This document shows, one piece after another, positions 1 through 11,052 of a DNA stretch of 64,000 nucleotides. Source of the stretch: Chloroflexota bacterium (GTDB taxonomy: Bacteria; Chloroflexota; Dehalococcoidia; Lucifugimonadales; Lucifugimonadaceae); contig PBHC01000016.1 in the NCBI GenBank assembly GCA_002719295.1, forward strand, positions 1-64,000. Reading direction: 5' to 3'. Numbering within the stretch: position 1 is the stretch's first letter; each line of letters opens with the position of its first letter. The position numbers and the translations under genes were made by a program. Under the pieces are notes generated by a model. That model made no database searches. It saw only the letters and a list, made by a program, of their open reading frames with translations, and was not told the origin of the DNA.

Positions 1-219
1 AGTTGCAGTAGGTGGAATTGATGTTGCAGTAGGTGGAATTGATGTTGCAGTAGGTGGAATTGATGTTGCAGTAGGCAAATCAAGAGTATTATTTTTATTT
101 GTTTTTTCCTCTGAAGTTTTTTCAGAATTTAAGTTAGAAGAAATAACTTCTTCTGTTTCTTCAATAAAAGAACAACTAAATAATACAATTACTAAGCTTG
201 AAAATAAGATCTTTTTCAT
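1..219 (-). CDS. Lipoprotein with Pro/Thr-rich (PTATSIP)n linker, N-terminal part (runs off the window edge)
   Basis: Not in the ORF track. Manual translation from ATG at 219: MKKILFSSLVIVLFSC-SFIEETEE...LDLPTATSIPPTATSIPPTATSIPPTAT; basic N-terminus, hydrophobic stretch and lipobox-like LFSC; frame open to position 1. Confidence 0.8.
   Translation of the reverse strand, partial: MKKILFSSLVIVLFSCSFIEETEEVISSNLNSEKTSEEKTNKNNTLDLPTATSIPPTATSIPPTATSIPPTAT
2..75. repeat. 21-bp coding tandem repeat (gttgcagtaggtggaattgat, about 3.5 copies in window)
   Basis: Identical units at 2-22, 23-43 and 44-64, partial unit at 65-75; encodes PTATSIP on the minus strand. Confidence 0.95.
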
Positions 220-249
220 TTTTTCCCTAAATAAAGTTTAATTAAATTA

Positions 250-522
250 TCATTCTCCTGTGGTTGGATCACTGATACCTTTGATTTCTTCTATCTTGTC
301 AGCAGGAGCACCTAATCTTTTTGCATGTTCCAATACTAGATCTGGACTATCTGCTATATAAACACAATAAATTTTATCTTGTGTTGAGTAACTATGTTGC
401 CAATGAATATTTTTACCCTCATCATTCATTTCTTTTAGTACTTTATTTGAATTAGTGGCTCCTGAGTTATCTTTTCTATCTCCAGCTCCAGGTATATTTC
501 TTTCAATAATATATTTAGGCAT
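250..522 (-). CDS. DUF4242 (SCO4226-like) small protein
   Basis: MPKYIIERNIPGAG...W.HSY...DKIYCVY.A...V.EHA..G.PAD.I pattern typical of DUF4242. Confidence 0.8.
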   Translation of the reverse strand: MPKYIIERNIPGAGDRKDNSGATNSNKVLKEMNDEGKNIHWQHSYSTQDKIYCVYIADSPDLVLEHAKRLGAPADKIEEIKGISDPTTGE

Positions 523-610
523 TATAGTTTCCTTTCAATTCGTCTCTATATATAACTTATGATTATTTTTCTTATGGAATATACTTTAAAGTAATATTCC
601 AAAAAAACAT

Positions 611-1852
611 ATGCAAAATAACTTAAAAAACTATAAAACTCCAATTCTAATAATTCTATCTTCGATTTCATTTTTTATATTAGGTTTTTTTATAAGTATT
701 TTTTATGGAGATTCAGATAACCCAGTAAATGAAATAGTTATTAAACAAGCTACTAATTCAAATTCTCCTAATGGTTTGTCAACTTTATATGAAGCTTATA
801 ATTTTATAAATGACGAATACTATGACCGCTCAAAAATTGATACCGATAAAATGAATGATGAGACTATAAAATCTCTTATAAAAACTCTAGATGATAAGCA
901 CTCAAGCTATGTTTCTCCTGAAAAATGGCAAATAGCCAGTTCAGATTTAACTGGATCATATCAAGGTATAGGTGCCTACGTTGACATGGCTAACGATCAA
1001 TCTGGAATTATAATTGTTTCCCCTATTGATGGAGGGCCAGCCGAAGCTGTGGGTATAAAAGGTGGAGATAAAATTATTAAAGTTGATGGTGAAAGCATTC
1101 TTGGGCTTTCTTTGAACGAAGCAATAAATTTGATAAGAGGACCTGAAGGTAGTTCAGTATTATTGACTATTGATCGAATTGGAGAATTTGAACCGATTGA
1201 AATCAAGGTTATAAGAGAAAAAATTAATCAACCTAGTGTTCAAAAAGATTTAATTCCTGATACTAGCTACGCCAAAATTAGAATAAATCAATATACAGAA
1301 AGCACTCCAGATGAACTTTTAGAAGCTTTAGAAGAAGCTATCAATGAAGATAACTCAAAAGGAATTATTTTAGATATAAGAAATAATCCTGGAGGTCTTT
1401 TGGGTTCAGCAGTCAATGCTACAGCATTATTTTTAGAAGAAGAATTAATTACTTTTGAAATAGACGCAAAAGGGAAAAAAACATTGTGGAAAGCAGGAAA
1501 TGAAGTAGGGAAATTTTCAAAAATCCCACTAGTTACTTTAGTTAATGCAAATTCTGCCAGTGGTTCAGAAGTTATGGCTGGGGCCCTTCAAGATTATGGG
1601 AGAAGTGTACTTATTGGAGAAACAACTTACGGAAAAGGTAGTGTTAGTCTTGTTAGGAATTTATCAAATGGTGGAGGAATGTTTTTAACCAATGCCCATT
1701 GGTTTACACCAAATGGCAGAGAAATCCATGAAGTAGGAATTGAACCAGATGTTGTTATTGAGCTTCCAGAAGCTTCTTCTAAATCCTCAGAATTTTATGA
1801 TACTCAAATAGATGCCGCAATTACTCAATTAAACTTTGAAATAAAAAATTAA
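611..1852 (+). CDS. ctpA: Carboxyl-terminal processing protease (S41 family, PDZ domain)
   Basis: N-terminal TM segment, GIGA PDZ start, DIRNNPGG, SASGSE catalytic Ser, TYGKGSV. Confidence 0.92.
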   Translation: MQNNLKNYKTPILIILSSISFFILGFFISIFYGDSDNPVNEIVIKQATNSNSPNGLSTLYEAYNFINDEYYDRSKIDTDKMNDETIKSLIKTLDDKHSSYVSPEKWQIASSDLTGSYQGIGAYVDMANDQSGIIIVSPIDGGPAEAVGIKGGDKIIKVDGESILGLSLNEAINLIRGPEGSSVLLTIDRIGEFEPIEIKVIREKINQPSVQKDLIPDTSYAKIRINQYTESTPDELLEALEEAINEDNSKGIILDIRNNPGGLLGSAVNATALFLEEELITFEIDAKGKKTLWKAGNEVGKFSKIPLVTLVNANSASGSEVMAGALQDYGRSVLIGETTYGKGSVSLVRNLSNGGGMFLTNAHWFTPNGREIHEVGIEPDVVIELPEASSKSSEFYDTQIDAAITQLNFEIKN

Positions 1853-1855
1853 TTT

Positions 1856-2305
1856 ATGACTTTTGCAAGAAATAGAAAAGCTTATTACGATTACGAGATT
1901 CTTGATAAATTTGAAGCAGGAATTGTATTAAATGGACCAGAAATAAAATCAATAAGAAATAGTAATTTATCAATTTCTGAGTCTAGAGTGATTATAAATA
2001 AGGGTGAAGCATGGCTTATTGGTTGTCATGTAGCCGAATATAAGTTTGACTCTAATACTGCATCATATGATCCAATTAGAGATAGGAAATTATTACTGCA
2101 CAAAAATCAAATTGATAAATTAGGCGGAGCTAAAACTCAAAAAGGATTAACTATAGTTCCACTATCTGTTTATATGAAAAGAAACTTCATAAAAATTGAA
2201 ATAGCTTTAGCAAGAGGGAAAAAGAAATTTGATAAAAGAGCATCGATAAAAGAAAAAGATTCTAACCGTTCAATTAGTAGAATTTTGAAAAGTAAAAATA
2301 AATAA
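1856..2305 (+). CDS. smpB: SsrA-binding protein SmpB
   Basis: NRKAYYDY, EAGIVL.G.EIKSIR, RKLLLHK, GKKKFDKR; directly upstream of tmRNA. Confidence 0.97.
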   Translation: MTFARNRKAYYDYEILDKFEAGIVLNGPEIKSIRNSNLSISESRVIINKGEAWLIGCHVAEYKFDSNTASYDPIRDRKLLLHKNQIDKLGGAKTQKGLTIVPLSVYMKRNFIKIEIALARGKKKFDKRASIKEKDSNRSISRILKSKNK

Positions 2306-2321
2306 GTTAAAATTGAAATAT

Positions 2322-2678
2322 GGGGACGAGTGGGTTCGACAAGAAATGGATTTCTAAGTTGCAGGTCGTGTTGTCATACCACGTATGAAATGGCAAAAAT
2401 ACGATTGGCGAACGAAATAACGCTCTCGCTACAGCTTAATATAAGCTAGTGACGTTCTTTAGTATCTTTGCTTAGGGTGATATTAAGGAGCGACGAATTA
2501 CCTAGGCTGAGCAACATCATTGCTAGAGTGGTGTTGCAAACACTTTTCTAGATAAGCATACATAGATGGTTTGTCGATTGCGCCTTTGTTGACGAAAATA
2601 TTAATATCGACTAAGCCTGTAGAAGCTTAGAAAGAAAATTTCTTGGACGGGGGGTTCAACTCCTCCCCGTCTCCACCA
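2322..2678 (+). ncRNA. ssrA: tmRNA; predicted tag (A)GERNNALATA*
   Basis: 5' GGGGACG pairs with 3' CGTCTCC-ACCA including the G3-U wobble; T-loop TTCAACT; tag ORF 2407-2439; adjacent to smpB. Confidence 0.95.
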
Positions 2679-2708
2679 TAATTTTTTTTAATTGTTAGAA
2701 TTATAAAG

Positions 2709-3197
2709 ATGCAAAAAGGATTCATAACCAAATATCATGTTATACAATCTTTCCTTGCAGGGATATTTATCACCATAATTATCCTTGTTGGAGAAACTTT
2801 TTCTAATAATGTAATCAATGCTGCTATAGGGTCTAGCGTAGCATTACTTTTTTTACACCCTAAAAATAGACAAAACAGATTTAAAAGCTTAGTTGTAGGA
2901 AATTTGATAGCTATTATAACTTTTATTCTTTTACACTATATATTTTTATTATTTAACCAAGATTTATATATATCAATTTCAGATAAAAACTTTCATATTT
3001 TTTCAGGTCTTTCTTTTTTTATTTGCTTGCTTGTAATGACTATAACTAATTCTGAACATGTCCCAGCTGCTGGAACCTCAATAGGATTATCTGTAAATGT
3101 CTTAGATTTTAATCTGATACTTTTTGTGATTTTTTCTGTTTTATTCTTGTACGTATTTAAATTGATTTTAGATAAGTATGGAAAAAATATTATTTAA
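2709..3197 (+). CDS. HPP-family membrane protein
   Basis: 4-5 TM helices; IGSS.ALLF..P and EHVPAAG (variant of the HPP motif). Confidence 0.6.
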   Translation: MQKGFITKYHVIQSFLAGIFITIIILVGETFSNNVINAAIGSSVALLFLHPKNRQNRFKSLVVGNLIAIITFILLHYIFLLFNQDLYISISDKNFHIFSGLSFFICLLVMTITNSEHVPAAGTSIGLSVNVLDFNLILFVIFSVLFLYVFKLILDKYGKNII

Positions 3198-3616
3198 CTA
3201 CAATCTTGACAGATTATATAAAGTTCTAAATTGTGTGATACAAGTTCTCCGCTAAGGTCTTTCTCATACTTTCGAATAGATTTTTCTAAACCAGATAGAT
3301 TTATTTCTTCGATTTTGTTACATTTTTTGCAAATAGTGTGATGATGATGATCTGAAGATGAAAGAGCGTAGTAACTATGATCGTCTACTATGTTAATTCT
3401 ACAAATCTTCCCTAGTTCATATAACAATTTTATTGTTCTATATACTGTAGCTCTTCCAATATTTGGAAGATCTTTTGTTATTTCTTCTGAAGTAAATAAA
3501 CCGTCTTTTCTAACTATTTCTGCTATTATTCTTCTTCGAGAATTGGTTACGCTGTTACCCGAACCTACGATAAGGTCTACTATCGAATCTACTAAAACTA
3601 CTTGATCTTGTACCAT
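3194..3616 (-). CDS. Fur-family transcriptional regulator
   Basis: ATVYRTIKLL helix-turn-helix, HHHHTICKKC and C-terminal CQDC. Confidence 0.9.
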   Translation of the reverse strand: MVQDQVVLVDSIVDLIVGSGNSVTNSRRRIIAEIVRKDGLFTSEEITKDLPNIGRATVYRTIKLLYELGKICRINIVDDHSYYALSSSDHHHHTICKKCNKIEEINLSGLEKSIRKYEKDLSGELVSHNLELYIICQDCS

Positions 3617-4434
3617 ACATCCAATCTACATAAGTCTGAAAGCTCATTAAGAAATTCTGTTCTTTGTAAATAAGCCATTGTGATTATTATAATTAAAAAC
3701 ACGAAGCTAACAATAAATAATTTGGATATATTATTTCTATTTATGCTTACTAAAATTGAAGATTCATTAAGAGAATCAGGTAAAACAATTAATTGTTTTG
3801 CAGGACTGAGTAGCCATCCAATCGCAAATCCACAGATTAGACCTGATACATGTGCAACTTGGTCAATATTTGTAGCCGTTGCTCCGTAAATAACATTTAT
3901 AAAGACTAAGATTCCTATTGATGTTAATGATTCTTTTGCATTTCGACCTAAAGCATTTTTATTAATCATTAAGAATGCGGCATAACAACCCAAAAGGCCA
4001 AAAATGGCTCCACTAGCTCCAGCTCCTACCGCTCCGAGTCCTTGACTACAATTTTGTACTTCAGAAATACTTATAAAAGCAGATCCTGACCAATAAGAAA
4101 AAATAGAAGAGGAAATTCCGCAAAACAAGTAGACAATTATGTATCTAAATCTTAAGAGTTCTTTTTCAACTAATCTCCCAAAAATAAATAATCCAGCGAG
4201 ATTTAATATCAAATGTATAAAACCTATGTGTAAAAATGTAGCTGTTAATAATCTCCAATACTCTCCTTGAGCAATTCCGTAATCAAACTTAGCTCCTAGT
4301 CTAACTAAATTTGCAGTATTCGTACTCCCTCCTGTAATTGTTTGAATAATGAAGTATAGAATATTTAATAAAACGATAGTCCAAGTTATGGGATAACTTT
4401 CAAAAGTTGGATATTTTCGGATGAAATTATTCAT
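3598..4434 (-). CDS. Rhomboid intramembrane serine protease
   Basis: WRLLTATFLH.G..H...N, GASGAIFG, AH..GL..G. Confidence 0.92.
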   Translation of the reverse strand: MNNFIRKYPTFESYPITWTIVLLNILYFIIQTITGGSTNTANLVRLGAKFDYGIAQGEYWRLLTATFLHIGFIHLILNLAGLFIFGRLVEKELLRFRYIIVYLFCGISSSIFSYWSGSAFISISEVQNCSQGLGAVGAGASGAIFGLLGCYAAFLMINKNALGRNAKESLTSIGILVFINVIYGATATNIDQVAHVSGLICGFAIGWLLSPAKQLIVLPDSLNESSILVSINRNNISKLFIVSFVFLIIIITMAYLQRTEFLNELSDLCRLDVWYKIK

Positions 4435-5818
4435 TAATTAATTCTTCAATCTTTTTTCTATCAATTTTTCCGTTACTTAATTTAGGGATTCCAGATTTAG
4501 AAATGTGTAATACCTTTGGTATCTTAAATGAATCTATATGAGATAATGATTTTTTTATTTCCTCTAGCTCTAATGATTTATTATTGTCAATTAAGCTAAT
4601 ATATAAATTTACTTTTTGCCCCCAATAACTATCATCTGATCCAAAAACATAACTCTCAGCAATTTCTGGAATCTTATTTACTTCTTCTTCAATTTCTCGA
4701 GGATTAATATTTTCCCCCCCTGAAATTATCATCTCATCTATTCTTCCTTCAACAAATAAATATCCGTTCTTATCTAAATATCCATAATCTCCAGTTTCTA
4801 ACCAGCTATTATGTTTTTGATTTAAATATTTTGCAATATTTGCTCCCTTTATTTGAATTTCTTTTATTTTTGAAAATCTTATGTCTAAGCCACTTAAAAT
4901 TTTACCTACTGAATTATTTGGTCTATCTAAGTCTTCAGGGTTAGCAGTCGCTATTTGAGAAGAAGCTTCAGTCATTCCATATGTTGGTAAAACTTTTATA
5001 TTAGATTTTTTTGCTCTAGAAATTAAGTTTTCAGGAATTTTAGCCCCTCCACATAAAACAAAATTAAAATCTTTAGGAGCGGATATTTTATTTTTTTCCA
5101 TGATATCTAAAATTTTATTTAGCATCGTTGGAACTAGAGAAACTATAGATACTTTTGATTCTTTTATAAGATTCATTACTTCATAAGCATCAAATGTATC
5201 TAAAATATAAAAGATTTTAGAAAGAATGATGCTTCTATATATAATTGATAAACCTCCGGCATGATAGGGAGGCATACATAGCAACCAAATATCTTTATCT
5301 GTAACGTTTAAGTTTTCTTGAGAAGCTTTACAACTGAATTCTATGTTTTTTCTTGTTATAGATACAGCCTTAGGGTGACCTGAACTACCAGATGTAAACA
5401 ATATACAGAAAGGATCGTTTTCATTAGGCCAATTAGTTTTTAGGTTATTGTTAGAATTTTTTCTTTTTTGAGATTTTAGATAAATAAAACCTTTGATTTT
5501 CTCTAGATCTATACTATCGTCATAAATTATTTTTTTTGAACCAATTAAATTCATTTTTGATTCAATTTCATTCTTTGGACTTTTGGGATTTAGAGGAACA
5601 AATATTCCTCCTATCATTGGAATAAGATTAGAAAAAACAGCATATTCAATTACATTGTTTGAAATAAAACAAATCTTTTCTTTATGCTTTATGTTTTCTC
5701 TTGCAAAATCATAATATTCAAGAATTAAATTACTATAATCTTTAAAACTATAATCTTTATTTTGTGTAATAAGGAATTTTTTATTATTTTTTGTGTTTTC
5801 TATCCAGCTATTATGCAT
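4427..5818 (-). CDS. menE: o-succinylbenzoate-CoA ligase
   Basis: AMP-binding FTSGSSGHPK, YGMTE, TGD.G, GR.DEMIISGGENI; inside the men cluster. Confidence 0.88.
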   Translation of the reverse strand: MHNSWIENTKNNKKFLITQNKDYSFKDYSNLILEYYDFARENIKHKEKICFISNNVIEYAVFSNLIPMIGGIFVPLNPKSPKNEIESKMNLIGSKKIIYDDSIDLEKIKGFIYLKSQKRKNSNNNLKTNWPNENDPFCILFTSGSSGHPKAVSITRKNIEFSCKASQENLNVTDKDIWLLCMPPYHAGGLSIIYRSIILSKIFYILDTFDAYEVMNLIKESKVSIVSLVPTMLNKILDIMEKNKISAPKDFNFVLCGGAKIPENLISRAKKSNIKVLPTYGMTEASSQIATANPEDLDRPNNSVGKILSGLDIRFSKIKEIQIKGANIAKYLNQKHNSWLETGDYGYLDKNGYLFVEGRIDEMIISGGENINPREIEEEVNKIPEIAESYVFGSDDSYWGQKVNLYISLIDNNKSLELEEIKKSLSHIDSFKIPKVLHISKSGIPKLSNGKIDRKKIEELINE

Positions 5819-6806
5819 TTTTTAATTTTTCTATTATTTCTAAATTGACTATTTTTTTCCACTTTGTAGTTTGATATGTACTTAAATTTTTTATATCAAT
5901 TTCACTAAATTCAGATTCTATATAACCTTTGTTCAATGAAATTCCTTCCAATAAAGATTTTTCTAAAAAATTATAAGTTCCAAAACCATGTATTATTTCT
6001 TCGTTGTATAAATCATCCAAATATTTAGCTAGAAAAATAGATTTATTAAATCCTATTTGCGTTTCGAAAGTTGAACTTATATATGACTTAATATTATTTT
6101 TTTGACATTCTTTTGCAAGCATTTGAGTGTTTCTCTCATCTCCTAATATCTTAGGCTTGATTGCAATAAAACTTAATAATTTTTCTTTAATTATTTTATC
6201 TATGTCTAATAAATTTTTTGAATTTATATCTAAGCATAAATTATGTTTTGAATCTTTTAATAATCGATAATTTTTGATTGATTCTATATTTAGAATTCCT
6301 TCAATAAATTCAAAATTATAATTTATATTATTTAGTATATTTATAGAATCTTCAGTTGAGAATTCATTATTAAAATCAATCCTAATATTAATGCTTGAAT
6401 TAATTGACTTGAGTAACTCTATTTTTTTAAGATAGTCATTTTTAGAAACTTTGATTTTAAAAGTATTGAATCCCAAGTTACAAAAATTAGAAATATTTTT
6501 CATTATATCTTCATTATTTGCAATTAAAATTGATGATTTAACAGAAATATTATTTTTATCTGTTTTTTGGTAATTACTTAGTGCATATTCAAAAGAAGGA
6601 TATTTTGAAATATCGAAGGTTTTTTTTGATATTAGGATTTCTTCGATTTGCTTTACTGATTCATTATTAAATCCTTTTAAAGGCGAAACTTCTAGTAAGA
6701 ATTGAGACTTTTTTGATTTTATAAGAATGATATCTTGAAACTTATATTTAGTCTTTGAATTTTCAAGATTATAGATAGGGATTTTGTAATTACTATATTC
6801 GTACAT
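5811..6806 (-). CDS. menC: o-succinylbenzoate synthase (divergent enolase-superfamily member)
   Basis: EVSPL.GF, FKIKV, RID.N, FIE, LD, IKP, SSTFET; lies between menA and menE. Confidence 0.75.
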   Translation of the reverse strand: MYEYSNYKIPIYNLENSKTKYKFQDIILIKSKKSQFLLEVSPLKGFNNESVKQIEEILISKKTFDISKYPSFEYALSNYQKTDKNNISVKSSILIANNEDIMKNISNFCNLGFNTFKIKVSKNDYLKKIELLKSINSSINIRIDFNNEFSTEDSINILNNINYNFEFIEGILNIESIKNYRLLKDSKHNLCLDINSKNLLDIDKIIKEKLLSFIAIKPKILGDERNTQMLAKECQKNNIKSYISSTFETQIGFNKSIFLAKYLDDLYNEEIIHGFGTYNFLEKSLLEGISLNKGYIESEFSEIDIKNLSTYQTTKWKKIVNLEIIEKLKNA

Positions 6807-6841
6807 CTAATAAAAAATCCTTTTATTTATTTGAAATTTCA

Positions 6842-7759
6842 TTATATTAATAAAACGGCACTTATAGTAAGACATAATATAAAATGACTTGCAACTGTCT
6901 TGATAAGAGTAGAATTTAATTCACCAGATATTTTAGATTCTTTTATGTTAATTTCTGGGAATAAATTTTTCTTTTTGAATCTATTAATTCCTAGGTCGCT
7001 TAGAGGAAAAATAAGATAAGTCATTATCACTGTTATATAGATATAATTATTTTCAAAAGTAACGGCATTAATTGATAGTAAAATCATAATAATAATTACT
7101 AAAAAGTAATATAAGAGTCTTGATTTTTTTTCTCCTAAAATAACAGCAATAGTATTTTTTTCTCCTTTTTTATCGTTTTCTATATCTCTTATGTTATTGA
7201 TCAGGATAATTAAACTAGCTGATATTCCAGGAATTATAGATAGTAGCAAAAGTTTTGATGTAGGGTTTATATCAAAAATATATAAGCTTCCAAGAACTGT
7301 CATAGGACCAAATACTATTATTACTCCTAATTCTCCTAAACCCTTATATCCGTATGGTTTAGGTCCACCAGTATATGAATAGGCTAATACAAACAAAATA
7401 AGCCCTGCAAGTATCGTTAAAAAACTACTAATTAAGAATGCAATAAATCCTAAAAATAAACAAATAATAAATATGACCAATGTTATCCAATTCATTTCAG
7501 ACTTAGAAAGATTACCTATTTGAGATGCTCGTAATGGACCTACTCTATTTTGGTTATCTAATCCGTTATTAAAATCCTGCATGTCATTTAAGAGATTAAC
7601 TAAAACTTGTAAAAAAACTCCTATTGAAATGACTAATGCGATTCTAAGTATTTCTACTGAATTATTTATACTAATTGATACTGCAATAAGAATTGGTCCC
7701 AATACTGCAGGTAATGTTTTTAGTCTAAATCCAATTAATATAGAGTTTATTTTATCCAT
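6842..7759 (-). CDS. menA: 1,4-dihydroxy-2-naphthoate polyprenyltransferase
   Basis: R.KTLPA, NLLND..D...G.D, YTGGP.PYGY.GLGE, NNIRD...D...K.T; start re-called to ATG at 7759 (MDKIN). Confidence 0.92.
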   Translation of the reverse strand: MDKINSILIGFRLKTLPAVLGPILIAVSISINNSVEILRIALVISIGVFLQVLVNLLNDMQDFNNGLDNQNRVGPLRASQIGNLSKSEMNWITLVIFIICLFLGFIAFLISSFLTILAGLILFVLAYSYTGGPKPYGYKGLGELGVIIVFGPMTVLGSLYIFDINPTSKLLLLSIIPGISASLIILINNIRDIENDKKGEKNTIAVILGEKKSRLLYYFLVIIIMILLSINAVTFENNYIYITVIMTYLIFPLSDLGINRFKKKNLFPEINIKESKISGELNSTLIKTVASHFILCLTISAVLLI

Positions 7760-8579
7760 GGAATGGAGGCTTGGGAAATTTAGTGAAATCTGGATCTCGT
7801 TTTTCAACGAAAGCATTTTTTCCTTCTTTAGCTTCTTCAGTCATGTAATACATCATAGTTATATCTCCAGCCATATTTTGTAGACCAGCTAAACCATCTG
7901 ATTCTGCTATAAATGTATTTTTTAAGAATCTAATTGCAGTAGGACTTTTTGATAGGATTTTTTTTGCCCAATTAATACCTTCACTTTCAAGATCATCATA
8001 TTTTACAATTTTATTGATCAATCCCATATCAAGTGCTTCTTCAGCATTATATTGATCACATAAAAACCATATTTCTTTAGCTTTTTTTGTTCCCACTAAT
8101 CTTACTAACTCTGAACTCCCAAAACCAGCGTCAAATGATCCTACTCTGGGGCCAGTTTGTCCAAATATAGCATTCTCTGAGGCTATAGTAAGATCACATA
8201 TAACATGAAGCACATGTCCCCCACCAATTGCGTATCCGCTTACCAATGCGATAACTGGCTTTGGCATATATCTAATAAATCTTTGTAATGGTAGTACTCC
8301 TAAGCTTGGATTACCTTGATCATCATTATATCCTCCATGACCTCTAACTTTTTGATCGCCGCCAGAACAAAATGCTTTATCTCCTGCCCCTCTAAACAGA
8401 ACGACTCCTGTATTATCATCTTCTGCAGCTTCTTTAAAAGCCAAAGATAATTCTTCAATAGTTTCTGGCCTAAAAGCATTTCTAACTTCAGGTCTATTGA
8501 TTGTAATCTTAGTAATGCCTTCATAATAATCTACTAAAATATCTTGATATTCTTTTTTTGTTTGCCAATTAATTGTCAT
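7752..8579 (-). CDS. menB: 1,4-dihydroxy-2-naphthoyl-CoA synthase
   Basis: [32 protein letters not shown]; start re-called to ATG at 8579, preceded by a GGAGAG RBS. Confidence 0.97.
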   Translation of the reverse strand: MTINWQTKKEYQDILVDYYEGITKITINRPEVRNAFRPETIEELSLAFKEAAEDDNTGVVLFRGAGDKAFCSGGDQKVRGHGGYNDDQGNPSLGVLPLQRFIRYMPKPVIALVSGYAIGGGHVLHVICDLTIASENAIFGQTGPRVGSFDAGFGSSELVRLVGTKKAKEIWFLCDQYNAEEALDMGLINKIVKYDDLESEGINWAKKILSKSPTAIRFLKNTFIAESDGLAGLQNMAGDITMMYYMTEEAKEGKNAFVEKRDPDFTKFPKPPFHG

Positions 8580-9369
8580 TTGTCTCTCCAAGTATAAAAT
8601 CCTTGACTTCCCTAGATACAAAAATAGGGTTCTCTAATATTATATTATGTCCAGATTCTGGAACCATTATAGTTTTAGATTTTCTTATTGAATTAGAAAG
8701 CTTTTTTGATATTCTTTTGTATTTTTCATCATTTGATCCATACAAAATTAAAGTTTTAGTATCAATTTTTTGAAGTTCAGGTAAAAGATTATTTTGCTTT
8801 CCTTGACCTTGATTTTTTAGGTTCATAGCTAGTCCTAAAGGATTATTTTCTAATCTTATTTTTTTGTGTTTTGTTCTTTTTTCTAATGGCAATTTATTTT
8901 CTGATTCCCACAAAGGGATAGATTCCCAATAATTTACAAAATCTTCAATGCCTTTTTCTTCAAGTAAACTTATTAATTTTTGATCAGAATTGATTCTTTT
9001 TTTCTTTTCTTCTGGATTCTCTAATCCATAAGACGCGCTGCATAAAATAAGATTATTGATTTTTTTTTGAAAAGTTGATGCTATGTGCATAGCTATTCTT
9101 CCACCAAGTGAATATCCAAGAATATTTACCTTTCTAAATTTTAATTTATTAATAATTGAAATTATTGAATTAATTGAATTTTCGAAAGAATAATCTGATT
9201 CGTTGTACGTCATAGATTTTCCATGCCCAACCAAATCTATTCTTACAACCTTAAAATATTGTTGCATATATTTAGAAACAATATCAAAAGATTTATTACT
9301 GCCTGTAAATCCATGAATTAATAATAAAGGCAAACCATTTCCTTCTACCTTGTAAAATAAATTGCTCAT
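8569..9369 (-). CDS. menH: SHCHC synthase (alpha/beta hydrolase)
   Basis: [25 protein letters not shown]; between menD and menB. Confidence 0.9.
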   Translation of the reverse strand: MSNLFYKVEGNGLPLLLIHGFTGSNKSFDIVSKYMQQYFKVVRIDLVGHGKSMTYNESDYSFENSINSIISIINKLKFRKVNILGYSLGGRIAMHIASTFQKKINNLILCSASYGLENPEEKKKRINSDQKLISLLEEKGIEDFVNYWESIPLWESENKLPLEKRTKHKKIRLENNPLGLAMNLKNQGQGKQNNLLPELQKIDTKTLILYGSNDEKYKRISKKLSNSIRKSKTIMVPESGHNIILENPIFVSREVKDFILGETNDN

Positions 9370-11052
9370 CTAACTTATTTCATCTATAACTTTTTGAAGA
9401 TCCGAATTATATTTTAAGTAGTCAGTTTTAATGAAATTCATCTCAACAATTTTCACATTGTTTCCAAGCTTATTACAAATTACATCTTTAAGCTCTTCTT
9501 TGTTTTTAGGATTGAAATAATCACAACCTAAACTTCTGCTTAATTCTCTAATATTTAAGTTTTGATGAGGAGTAATAAACCAGTCTTCGTAAATTTCACT
9601 TAAATCTTTAGATTGAGGGAGTAAATTGAAAATTTGCCCCCCACCATTGTTATTGATAAAGATAGTCAATTTTTTTGCATTTCGTTTTGCAGTAATGAGA
9701 CCTCCAATATCATGTATAAATGCTAAATCTCCTAAATCAAGGAAAACGTTATTTTCAGTCATGGCGCTTACTCCTGATGCAATCGAAATATTTCCATCTA
9801 TTCCTGATAAACCCCTATTCCCTATAAATTTAATCTCATCACTTTTAGTAAGGATAATGTCTAAAATTCGAATAGGTAAAGAATTGCCAGAAATATAAAA
9901 AGAATTCTTTGGTATATTACTAAGAATTATATTTTTATAATTTACTTCTTTGATATTTAAGAAGTTTTTTTCTAAACTTTTTCTTGCTTTATAATTTATA
10001 TTTTCAAAATATTTTTTCCACTTATTATCTTTTTGTTCTTCAATTTCTGTATGATTATCTAATGCAAGTACTAAAGAATCTAAGTTGTGAAATTGTAAAT
10101 CTAATTTAAAAAAACCATGAGATATCCTATAAGAAGGTTCTATGAAAATATGATTTTTGGCTTTCTCCAATTTTTTTGAAATAAACTTCGAAACAGGCAA
10201 TGAACCTATATGAATTACCGTTTCTGGTATTAAGTCTTGATCTTCACTTCGAAATATAATGTCTCCAGTATCAATAATAGTATTTTTTTCATAATTTTCT
10301 ATGTCTCTTAAATTTGATAATGGATCTGCTATGATAGGCCAATTAATCAGTCTTGATAATTTTAGAATTTTACTGTTTTGAAATTTATGAGAACCAACTA
10401 GAATTAACCCATTTTTATTTTTAATCATTTTTAAGAAATGATTAAGTTTATCTGAATCTAAAATTAATTCCTTATCAGAGGAAATATTATTAATTATATT
10501 TGGCTTTATTTCTTTGTACTCTTCTTTTTCAGAAGTAAAAGGTTCTTCAAATTGCCAATTAATGTGTACAGGCCCTTGAGGAGAATTTTGTGATTGATAA
10601 ATTGCCTTGTAAGCAATATTTGAAATGAAATCAGTCTTATTTGTTATAGGGATATCAAAAAACCAGTTAATGTTGTTTTTGTAAATATTGTTTTGATCTA
10701 AGGTCTGATTTGATCCAGTTTCTCTATAATTCATAGGTCTGTCTGATGTAATTATAATTAGTGGTACCTGCGAATAAAATGATTCAGCTATAGCTGGGCT
10801 GTAATTTAAAGTAGCTGTACCTGATGTACAAATTAGAACACTAGGTTTTTTTGAGATTTTAGATTTTCCTAGAGCAAAAAACGCAGCTGATCTTTCATCA
10901 AGGACTAAATGTAAGTTAAATAACTTTTTATATTTTAGAAAATTATTTACTAATGGTGTTGATCTTGAACCAGGACTAATGACAATATCCTTTATTGAAT
11001 ATTTCACTAATTGTTCTATAAAAATATTTATTTGTTTATTATGAGTAAGCAT
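9370..11052 (-). CDS. menD: SEPHCHC synthase (ThDP-dependent)
   Basis: ISPGSRSTPL, DERSAAFFALG, CTSGTA, NRGLSGIDG, GDLAF.HD, NNNGGGQIF. Confidence 0.95.
   Translation of the reverse strand: MLTHNKQINIFIEQLVKYSIKDIVISPGSRSTPLVNNFLKYKKLFNLHLVLDERSAAFFALGKSKISKKPSVLICTSGTATLNYSPAIAESFYSQVPLIIITSDRPMNYRETGSNQTLDQNNIYKNNINWFFDIPITNKTDFISNIAYKAIYQSQNSPQGPVHINWQFEEPFTSEKEEYKEIKPNIINNISSDKELILDSDKLNHFLKMIKNKNGLILVGSHKFQNSKILKLSRLINWPIIADPLSNLRDIENYEKNTIIDTGDIIFRSEDQDLIPETVIHIGSLPVSKFISKKLEKAKNHIFIEPSYRISHGFFKLDLQFHNLDSLVLALDNHTEIEEQKDNKWKKYFENINYKARKSLEKNFLNIKEVNYKNIILSNIPKNSFYISGNSLPIRILDIILTKSDEIKFIGNRGLSGIDGNISIASGVSAMTENNVFLDLGDLAFIHDIGGLITAKRNAKKLTIFINNNGGGQIFNLLPQSKDLSEIYEDWFITPHQNLNIRELSRSLGCDYFNPKNKEELKDVICNKLGNNVKIVEMNFIKTDYLKYNSDLQKVIDEIS

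Noticed and set aside
2..75. Direct repeats at the window start as a possible CRISPR array
   Set aside because: The units are head-to-tail with no spacers and are in frame in a lipoprotein (PTATSIP); no cas genes are present.
2640..3200. Genomic island integrated at the ssrA 3' end
   Set aside because: No integrase follows, I saw no duplicated ssrA 3' end, and the downstream genes are ordinary chromosomal genes.
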